Made by a program: the position numbers and the translations under genes. A stretch of DNA of 32,000 bases from Actinomycetota bacterium (GTDB lineage Bacteria; Actinomycetota; Aquicultoria; Aquicultorales; Aquicultoraceae), in the NCBI GenBank assembly GCA_030018005.1, contig JASEGT010000004.1:7198-39197 (forward strand). The letters run 5' to 3'. The notes under the pieces were generated by a model that ran no database searches, had not been told where the DNA came from, and saw only the letters and a list, made by a program, of their open reading frames with translations. Positions within the stretch are counted from its first letter, which is position 1, and every line of letters starts with the position of its first letter. Positions 1 through 7,900 of the stretch are shown piece after piece.

Positions 1-236
1 ACTGTATATGGGATAAAGACCTGCTCGGCGGTGCGTGAGGCGACATCGAAGATGGTATCGCGCCCTTCATGGGACGCGGTTATATCCAAAAAGACGAGTT
101 CGTCCGCGCCCGCTTTATCGTATACCTCGGCAAGCTCGACCGGGTCACCGGCGTCGCGCAGGTTGACAAAGTTGACGCCCTTGACTACGCGCCCTTCATG
201 GACGTCGAGGCAGGGAATGATTCTAACGGTTAGCAT
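1..236 (-). CDS. hisF: Imidazole glycerol phosphate synthase cyclase subunit HisF (5' part only; gene runs off the left edge)
   Basis: Not in the ORF track because it is truncated by the window. The reverse complement from ATG (236-234) reads [79 protein letters not shown]. This is the canonical HisF N-terminus (RIIPCLDV, [13 protein letters not shown]). The start overlaps the hisA 3' end by 14 nt. Confidence 0.85.
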   Translation of the reverse strand, partial: MLTVRIIPCLDVHEGRVVKGVNFVNLRDAGDPVELAEVYDKAGADELVFLDITASHEGRDTIFDVASRTAEQVFIPYT

Positions 237-963
237 TGTCCCACCTCGCAAGCGCTATTGCTTCTGCGAGCGTGAAGTTGTTTTCATACAAGGCGCGACC
301 GATGATAACACCCTCGACGCCTGCGACCTGAAGCGGCTTTATCTGCCTGATATCGCTGAGTGTAGAAACGCCGCCGGAGGCGATGACCGGGATATTGATA
401 TTCTCGGCCAATTCCTCGGTGGCGAAGAGGTTGACGCCGGTCTGCGCGCCGTCCATCATGATGTCGGTGTAGACGATGCGACTGACGCCATAGACTTCGA
501 GCTGCATGGCGACATCGACGGCGAAGATATCGGTCTCTTCTACCCACCCCTTTATCGCTACTTTGCCCTCCCTGGCATCGAGACCCGCGACTATCTTGCC
601 CGGATATTTGGCGCAAGCCTCTTTGACCACCTCGGGGCTGCTTATAACAGAGGTTCCAAGGATGGCACGGGTCACGCCGACGCTGAAAACGCGATCCAGG
701 TCTTCGATGGTGCGTAAACCGCCGCCGAGCTGGACCGGCACATCGACCCGTTTGATTATCTCTTCGATTGCGCCGAGATTCTGCGACGACCCGGTAAAGG
801 CGCCGTCGAGGTCGACGACGTGCAGGAACTCGGCGCCATCGCCCTGCCACTTCTCGGCCATATCGGCCGGGACGTCGGCGTAGACGGTCGCGGCATCGGC
901 TCGGCCCTGGTATAAGCGGACGCACTTGCCGCCCATTATGTCTATGGCCGGATATATTATCAC
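223..963 (-). CDS. hisA: ProFAR isomerase HisA
   Basis: 246-aa ORF. N-terminus [20 protein letters not shown] and the later GGGLR and ASGGVS phosphate-binding motifs are typical of HisA. GTG start (963-961) overlaps the hisH TGA (GTGA). It lies between hisH and hisF. Confidence 0.9.
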   Translation of the reverse strand: MIIYPAIDIMGGKCVRLYQGRADAATVYADVPADMAEKWQGDGAEFLHVVDLDGAFTGSSQNLGAIEEIIKRVDVPVQLGGGLRTIEDLDRVFSVGVTRAILGTSVISSPEVVKEACAKYPGKIVAGLDAREGKVAIKGWVEETDIFAVDVAMQLEVYGVSRIVYTDIMMDGAQTGVNLFATEELAENINIPVIASGGVSTLSDIRQIKPLQVAGVEGVIIGRALYENNFTLAEAIALARWDNANR

Positions 964-1574
964 TTACATAACCCCCCAAAATTCTCCAACACTTTCAAGC
1001 CCACGTCGCCGCTCTTTTCCGGATGGAACTGGACAGCGTAGACGTTACCGGACCAGATGCTGGAGGTAAACTCCAATCCGTAATCAGTCGTTGTCGAGAT
1101 TATTGCCGTATCCACCGGGTCGACATAGTAGGAGTGGACGAAGTAGAAGTTCGACTCTCTGGGAACGCCTTTGAATATCGGCGCCTTATTGACATAATGA
1201 ACCTGGTTCCATCCCATGTGGGGAATCTTGTGGTCTTCGGGCAGCCGCCGTACGATGCCGTCGAAAATCCCCAGCCCCTCGTGGATACCGTCTTCTTCGC
1301 TCTGTTTGAAGAGCAATTGTAACCCGAGACATATGCCGAGAAACGGCTTCTTGCTTGCGATGCTGTCTCGCACTGCGCCTTCTAAGCCCGCCGCCCGCAA
1401 GTTCGCCATGCAATCGGCAAACGCGCCGACCCCCGGCAAGACTACGCCTTCCGCGCGCCTTATGACGATCGGGTCGCCCGAGACGGTTACGTCGAAACCG
1501 AGCTTCTCGAAAGCTTTCTCAACACTTCTAAGGTTGCCCATCCCGTAATCGATTATCGCTATCAAACCTATCAC
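960..1574 (-). CDS. hisH: Imidazole glycerol phosphate synthase glutaminase subunit HisH
   Basis: 204-aa ORF with IAIIDYGMGNL, PGVGAF, GICLGLQLL (nucleophile Cys) and HSYY motifs of class-I amidotransferase HisH. The track start is GTG at 1574; a TTG three codons downstream is an alternative start. Confidence 0.9.
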   Translation of the reverse strand: MIGLIAIIDYGMGNLRSVEKAFEKLGFDVTVSGDPIVIRRAEGVVLPGVGAFADCMANLRAAGLEGAVRDSIASKKPFLGICLGLQLLFKQSEEDGIHEGLGIFDGIVRRLPEDHKIPHMGWNQVHYVNKAPIFKGVPRESNFYFVHSYYVDPVDTAIISTTTDYGLEFTSSIWSGNVYAVQFHPEKSGDVGLKVLENFGGLCK

Positions 1575-1686
1575 TCACTTTATCTATCGCTTCGCTTATA
1601 TCTGTCGCAAACTCAATTTATCTATCGCTATGGCCGTATCCCTTCCGCTCTTTATGCAACGGTTGCGCATGAGTTCGTGAAAACTG

Positions 1687-2280
1687 CTATATCCGGCCCT
1701 TAGTGCTCGGAATCTGCCCCGCGTTTCTCGGGTCTATCTCGACCGCTTCGCCGAGCGCGCGCGCCAGGCCTTTGAAGACCGCCTCCACCATATGGTGCGC
1801 GTTTCTCCCGGAGAGCATCTTGACATGGAGCGTTATGGCTGCGGTATTCGCAAAAGCCTGTAAGAACTCGACAGTCAAGAGCGTATCATAGCTGCCGATT
1901 ATCTCGGCCGGCAACTCGACATCGTATACGAGATACGGCCGCCCGCTGATATCGAGCGCCACCAGCGCGAGCGCCTCATCCATCGGCATGATACAGCTAC
2001 CATAGCGCCGGATTCCCTTTTTTTCGCCGACCGCCTCGTTGAGCGCCTGCCCAAGACAAATCCCGATATCTTCGACGGTGTGATGCCCGTCAACCTCTAA
2101 ATCGCCTTTAGCTTTGACCTTTAAATCCATGAGACCGTGCTTGCCGACCATCGCGAGCATATGGTCGAAGAAGGGGATTCCGGTGTCGACTTCGACCTCG
2201 CCCGTGCCGTCCAGGTTTAGAACCAGCTCGATATCGGTCTCTTTCGTCGTTCTTTTTATTTCAGATTTTCTTCTACTCAT
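1687..2280 (-). CDS. hisB: Imidazoleglycerol-phosphate dehydratase HisB (monofunctional)
   Basis: TKETDIEL, FFDHML and DGHHTVEDIGICLGQAL motifs of IGPD. The track ORF begins at a GTG (2322). The ATG at 2280 (MSRRKSEIKRTTKETDI) is preceded by GGTGAGG (2286-2292, 5-nt spacer), so I use 2280. Confidence 0.9.
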   Translation of the reverse strand: MSRRKSEIKRTTKETDIELVLNLDGTGEVEVDTGIPFFDHMLAMVGKHGLMDLKVKAKGDLEVDGHHTVEDIGICLGQALNEAVGEKKGIRRYGSCIMPMDEALALVALDISGRPYLVYDVELPAEIIGSYDTLLTVEFLQAFANTAAITLHVKMLSGRNAHHMVEAVFKGLARALGEAVEIDPRNAGQIPSTKGRI

Positions 2281-2363
2281 GGTAACCTCACCTTTTATAG
2301 CCGGCTCCCGTAGCTTTCTCACGGCTCAAATCCGAGATATCCGAGGAACGTCCCCTACAGCTG

Positions 2364-3413
2364 TTAAACCACTTCTCGTAGCGCTTTCAAGAACGCCTCG
2401 TTTTCCTCTGCGGAACCCACGGTCACCCGCAGGCAATCCTCGAGCAGCACTTGATTGCTGCAGTTTCGAATCAATATGCGCTTGTCGAGAAGGCCTTGCC
2501 AAACTTCGGCGGCGGGCTTCTCCGTCCTGAACATGATGTAATTCGCCTCGCTCGGAAACGGCGTCACACCTTCGGTCTTCGATAACTCTGCGAAGAGCCG
2601 GTCGCGCTCGCCGAGAATCGTCTCTATCTTCTTTTCAAATATATCACGATGCGAAAACGCGATTCGCGCAATCGCCTGCGATAGTTTGCTGAAATTGAAG
2701 AAGAGCTTCACCTTCAACAAACTCTCGATGACTTCGTTGTTCGCTAAGAGATACCCGGCGCGCAATCCCGCCAGCGAATACGCTTTGGAAAACGTCCGCA
2801 ATATTGCGAGGTTTTCATACTTGGCCATGAGCGGCAGCGCCGTCTGGCCGCTAAACTCGGCATACGCCTCGTCGATGACGACCAGCGCGTCGGTGTTTTT
2901 CAAAAGCTCTTCTATTTTCTCAAGCGAGACCAGGTCGCCCGTAGGGTTGTTCGGAGAGCAGAGAAAGATGAGCGCCGCGTCGACATCGTACGCCTGAGCG
3001 ATTGCGGAATCCGCACGGAGCGTCTCGGGATCGCGCAGCAAAGACACCATCTCGGTCTCGGTGATGCGTCCGGTAATCCCGTAAATCTCAAACATCGGGT
3101 CGAACGTGACCGCTTTGCGGCCCGGCCCGCCATATGCGAGGAAGAGATTTTGGATGACCTCATCCCCACCGTTTCCGACAAAGACGTTATCGAGGTCGAG
3201 CCCGTAATCGGCGGCAATTAAACCGCGCAGCTCGGTCGAGAATGGGTCGGGATAGCGATTATACGATATCCGATTGAACTCGTCCTTTATCTCATCAATT
3301 ACCGATTGCGGCAAATTATACGGGCTCTCGTTCGCTGCAAGCACGATATCGGCCTCTACCTTTGGTAAGTGATATGGCTTGATGGCCGCGATGTGCGGGC
3401 GTGGACCGATCAT
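2364..3413 (-). CDS. hisC: Histidinol-phosphate aminotransferase HisC
   Basis: 349-aa ORF, class-II aminotransferase. NPTG and the PLP-lysine motif TFSKAYSLAGLRAGY are present. ATG at 3413 lies one nt after the hisD TAA (3415-3417). Confidence 0.9.
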   Translation of the reverse strand: MIGPRPHIAAIKPYHLPKVEADIVLAANESPYNLPQSVIDEIKDEFNRISYNRYPDPFSTELRGLIAADYGLDLDNVFVGNGGDEVIQNLFLAYGGPGRKAVTFDPMFEIYGITGRITETEMVSLLRDPETLRADSAIAQAYDVDAALIFLCSPNNPTGDLVSLEKIEELLKNTDALVVIDEAYAEFSGQTALPLMAKYENLAILRTFSKAYSLAGLRAGYLLANNEVIESLLKVKLFFNFSKLSQAIARIAFSHRDIFEKKIETILGERDRLFAELSKTEGVTPFPSEANYIMFRTEKPAAEVWQGLLDKRILIRNCSNQVLLEDCLRVTVGSAEENEAFLKALREVV

Positions 3414-3414
3414 C

Positions 3415-4695
3415 TTATTCCTCCATGCGATATTCTATGGATCTCGCGTGCCCCCCCAGGCCTTCCCCGTTGGCGATAGTAACGGCCGCGTCGGCGACCA
3501 TCCCTAGAGACTGCTTAGAAAAGCTCAACACGCTCGATTTCTTTATAAATGTATCCACGCTCAGCGGTGAGTAAAACCTCGCGGTTCCCCCGGTGGGCAG
3601 AACGTGGTTGGGGCCGGCCACATAATCGCCGACGGCTTCGGGTGTGTACGCGCCCAAAAATATCGCTCCGGCGTTTCTCACCATGCCCAGAGCCTCCAGC
3701 GGGTTGTCTATCATCAGCTCGAGGTGTTCGGGTGCGATAATGTTGGAGAGGCGAATCGCCTCTTCGCGCGAGGCGACCAGGAATATCCGGCCGTTCTCAG
3801 CCAGCGATTTAGCGGCGATATCCTTGCGCTCCAGCCTCGCGAGCTGTATTTCCAGCGCTTCGACGACTTTTTGCGCCAGCGATGGAGAATCGGTTATTAG
3901 GATTGAGGACGCGTCCGGGTCGTGCTCGGCTTGGGCGAGCAGGTCGGCGGCGATATAGGCCGGTTTCGCGTTGGCGTCTGCTACGACCACGACCTCGCTC
4001 GGGCCCGCGAGCATATCGATATTTACCGAGCCCACGACCATTTTCTTGGCGAGCGTTACGTAAATATTGCCCGGCCCCGCGATGACATCGACCTTTTTAA
4101 CCGATTCCGTGCCGAACGCGAGCGCCGCAATCGCCTGGGCGCCTCCCACTTTGTAGACCTCGTCGACTCCGACCTCGGCGGCGGCAACAAGCACTTCGGC
4201 GCGGATCGCGCCGGGCACGACCATCGCTATCTCATCGACACCGGCGACCTTGGCCGGAATCGCGTTCATCAGTACCGATGACGGGTAAGCCGCCCGACCG
4301 CCGGGCACATAGATGCCGGCGCGCTCGACCGGTCTGACTAGCTGACCCAAGAACGCTCCATTATCAACGGCAAACCAGGAATTTTGCTTTTGCCTCTTGT
4401 GAAACGCGGTTACACGCTCTTTTGCCTCTTTTATAGCGCCTAGAAACTCGCTCTCGATTAAAGAGTAAGCTGCGTCGAACTCCTCGGCGCTTACCCGAAC
4501 CGTCTCCGGTGTCAGCGATATCTTGTCGAACTTCTCGGTATACTCAAAGAGCGCTCTGTCGCCGTCACGGGCGACGCCTCCGATAATGTCACGAACGGTC
4601 GCCTCGACATCCGGCCGGTCAAAAAGCGGCTTTGCGAGCAACTTGCGCGCTTCGAGTTCGTCAAACCCAATTTTTAATTCGATTTGCTTCATCAT
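3415..4695 (-). CDS. hisD: Histidinol dehydrogenase HisD
   Basis: QAEHDPDAS and GDYVAGPNHVLPTGGTARF motifs. The track start (4743) is a TTG. The ATG-ATG at 4695-4690 (MMKQIELK) is preceded by GGTGA (4700-4704), so I use 4695. Confidence 0.9.
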   Translation of the reverse strand: MMKQIELKIGFDELEARKLLAKPLFDRPDVEATVRDIIGGVARDGDRALFEYTEKFDKISLTPETVRVSAEEFDAAYSLIESEFLGAIKEAKERVTAFHKRQKQNSWFAVDNGAFLGQLVRPVERAGIYVPGGRAAYPSSVLMNAIPAKVAGVDEIAMVVPGAIRAEVLVAAAEVGVDEVYKVGGAQAIAALAFGTESVKKVDVIAGPGNIYVTLAKKMVVGSVNIDMLAGPSEVVVVADANAKPAYIAADLLAQAEHDPDASSILITDSPSLAQKVVEALEIQLARLERKDIAAKSLAENGRIFLVASREEAIRLSNIIAPEHLELMIDNPLEALGMVRNAGAIFLGAYTPEAVGDYVAGPNHVLPTGGTARFYSPLSVDTFIKKSSVLSFSKQSLGMVADAAVTIANGEGLGGHARSIEYRMEE

Positions 4696-4763
4696 TTGAT
4701 CACCATTCTTAGGTCCGGGTTTCGGGTTTAATACATCCTGCAAACCCCCGCTATACGCGTTTT

Positions 4764-4792
4764 ATTATACTATATGAGAACACTTTAGTAAA
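4764..4792 (-). promoter_or_regulatory. Candidate sigma70-type promoter of the his operon
   Basis: On the minus strand: TTTACT (4792-4787), 17-nt spacer, TATAAT (4769-4764), about 70 nt upstream of the hisD ATG. Pattern match only. Confidence 0.3.
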
Positions 4793-4916
4793 GTAAAGTA
4801 TTAAAGTATGAATGGCGCTTGCTTTTACGGGGTTTTTAGCACTTTCAGGCACTAAATAGGGTCGGTAAGGCATAGGATTACCGGTCTACTCATGAACCGA
4901 TATAAGAACGTCCACC

Positions 4917-7900
4917 CTACTCGATATTGACCGCGCCCTCACCACAGAGTTCTTTTAGCTCGGCAAAGAGGCCGTTCTGGGGTGAGATGTTGTATTCCGG
5001 CGCGAGGGCGAGAATCGTCGGCTCACCGCCGTTTTGCAGCTTTAAAAAGACCGGTACGGGGCCGGGCTGTGTGCGCAAAATCTCTTTCAGGCGGCCTAGA
5101 AATTGGGCCGTCATCATTGACTTCGATACCGTCAGCACTAGAGCCGTGTTCCCGTTGAGTTTTTTGCCGTTGCTTGCACCGTTACTGGCGCCACTGCCGC
5201 AGCCGTTACCATTGCCGTTGCCGTTGCCGTTGGGTTTTACTTTGCGACGGTTGGCGGCTTTTCCGCCGGTCTTCGCGTCGAATTCGCGTATCTCCAGCGA
5301 GATGACCTTTATCTCATCCTCTTTTATATCGAGTCGCCCTTTTATAAGTATTATTTTGTCCTCGGCCAAAATGTCCTTGAACTTATCGTAAACGGCCGGA
5401 AAGACGATTACCTCGACCGAGCCGTCCAAGTCCTCCACGTTCAAGAAGAGCATCAGGTCGCCCTTCTTCGTCGTCAATTTGGTGATTTTAGCGATGATGC
5501 CGCCGACCCAGGCGACGGTCCCATCCTTCTGCTCTTTAAGCTCGGATGTTGAATACTCGGTCTGGTTCAAGAACTCGTCGGCGACTCCGAGAAGCGGGTG
5601 GTCGGAGACGTAGAGTCCGAGCATCTCTTTCTCGTAGAGCAGCAGCTCGGGTTTGTCGAACTCGGGAACGATGTCGTCAATCGGGTCGTTGACCGCCTCG
5701 ACAGTGCCGGAATCTCCGCTGTCCCCCAGGTCGAAGATGGTAAACTGCCCCGCCGCCTTGTCTTTTTGGCTGCGTGCGCCCATCTCGACAGCTTTTTCAA
5801 AGGTCAGAAGGAGCTGCCTGCGGCTTACCTTGCACGAATCGAACGCCCCTCCCTTAATCAGACTCTCTATGGTGCGCTTATTGAGCGCGTTCATATCAAC
5901 GCGCCGGCAGTAATCATAGATCGAGCGGAACAGCCCGTTCTCTTCGCGCTCGCGAATGATGGCTTCGATAACGCCCTCGCCGACGTTTCGCACGGCGGAT
6001 AGTCCGAAGCGGATGGCTTTACCCACGACCGTAAAATCGCGGTAACTCTCGTTGACATCCGGCGGCAGAATCTCGATACCCATGCGCCGGCACTCGTTTA
6101 TATACTGGGCGACCTTGTCTTTGTTCCCCATAATGCTGGTGAGAAGCGCCGCCATAAACTCGACCGGGTAATTGGCCTTGAGCCACGCCGTCTGCCAGGA
6201 AATAGCCGCGTAAGCGGTCGAATGAGAATTATGGACAATCATACCATCAGCGACGAAGTTGTGCGTGTCCTCTATTTCCAGGTCGTATGTTTGCTCAATC
6301 CCAACATATTCGATATCCGCTATGGTGTCCCAATAGACATCCGAAGCCGCATGTTTCATTAACTCATCGGACTCGAAATACTCGGCAACCCTTTGCACTG
6401 TGCCGCGCCCGAACCCCTTCTTCCAGGCATGTAAACCGCCAACGAATTCCTTCATGCAGACGCCACTTTCATGCTCTATCTGACGCCAGCTCAAACCAGC
6501 CCGAGCTTTTTCCTGCTGCACTATTGTCTTTATGTCGCACGGGATCGTATCGCGGCAGAACTTCTCGCCTAGCGAGCTGTAGTAAGACTCAAGTCCGGCC
6601 AGTTCTTCATCTCGACCAATGATGTGCCGACCGATATTTTCGATAAAACTCGATATGCTATCGCGGCCCTGCAAGTACAGAGTATATCCGAGCCGTTCCT
6701 GACCACGGTATTTAAAGACTTTCTCTATGAGACTACTGACAATACCAAACCGCAGAAGTAGTTGCTGAAGCTGACTTGCCATGCGTTTAGAGGAAGTTGC
6801 GTAGTAGGGAATTTTGTTTGTTCCCGTTGATATCAAGAACCCATCACCCGACCAGAGCCGACCGATAAATACGGCTACTAACTCCGGGGTAAGCGAAAAC
6901 ACATCGGCAGGGATAAACTTCTCTAAGGAATTCTTGCCTATGAGATCGAGTTCTTCAAGCCATAACCTCGCACCAGATCGCGGGTTCCCCCCATTTATCG
7001 CTTGTCCAGATTCTTTCTCGCGTTTGTTCCAGGGAGTTTGCCCCTTCTTGAAGGTTGCGTCCTGACCAGTGCCTGCATAGACCTCAAAAATATTGCGGCG
7101 GTGCCGTACGGTTGCTTTCGTGTTATCGAACCGCTCAACGCTAAACACAAAATCATCTACCTGCAAATTGTTCTGGTTATAGTAGTAGAAGCCGCTTGGG
7201 TGGCAAGTATTCCCTTCAGCCAGAACACCCGCTAAGACTATCAGTTTATGTTTAGGCCAGCTGGCGGCGCCAAGGTTCGGCATAACGCGCGGTGTGGCAA
7301 TTCTGCTGCCTTCTGCCAAGTCTTTAAGCTCTTTCCATCCATCAAACGTGAGAAACGGGTGGTTGTCGGTGACGGTTATTTCGTAGCCCAGCCTGGTTCT
7401 TACCCGATAGACTCGCTTACGACCATTGGTTACACAATCGATAACGGAGCGCTTTACAATCCTGTAGCCGCTGTCGCAGCTTAGGGTGTTGATGCGCTTC
7501 CCTGTTTGAAAAAGGTGCTCAACAGTGACCAGTCGGCCAGAGTCGGCATCGACAATCTCAGTTGAGCCAATTACGCATTTATTAAATCCGTAACCCGCAA
7601 AGTGGACGATTAGGTCGAATATCTTGCCGGCCAGGTTAGCATCGACACCGTTGTCGACCGAGCCGCTGATGAATTTCTCGCGGAACTTGGCCAAGACCTC
7701 GGGGAGTTTCTTGCCCATCGCTTTGCGCAGGGTATCGCCCTCGCCCATCGAGAAACCGGCCATAGTCGACGCGATTAGCATGACCTGTTCCTGGTAGACC
7801 ATAACCCCATAGGTCTCTTTTAGAATAGGTTCGAGCATCGGATGGAGGTGACTTATCGGCTTGCGCCCGTGCTTGCGATCGACGAAGTCCTTGACCATTC

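Noticed and set aside
31-979. Long ORFs overlapping hisA on other frames or the opposite strand (31-717 +, 284-979 -, 506-883 +). Similar shadow ORFs occur throughout: 1216-1548, 3922-4281, 7842-8450, 12091-12558, 15103-15594, 17378-18112, 21249-21737, 23619-24101, 30322-30900 and 31073-31414.
   Set aside because: Each lies entirely inside a gene with clear family motifs. Their translations are Arg/Pro/Ser/Ala-rich low-complexity sequence typical of off-frame reading of GC-rich genes. None has a convincing SD plus ATG.
4696-4743. N-terminal extensions of track ORFs: hisD to 4743, hisB to 2322, pglZ to 15567, and the 254-aa ORF to 21261
   Set aside because: The extensions begin at TTG or GTG codons without an SD. 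Internal ATG codons have good SD sequences and give N-termini matching the family consensus, so shorter coordinates were reported.
4716-4747. Possible leader structure upstream of hisD: GGGTTT can pair with either of two tandem AAACCC copies. It was considered as a T-box or attenuator.
   Set aside because: The leader is only about 60 nt, far too short for a T-box. There is no run of His codons or leader peptide and no U-tract terminator. The stems are 6 bp.
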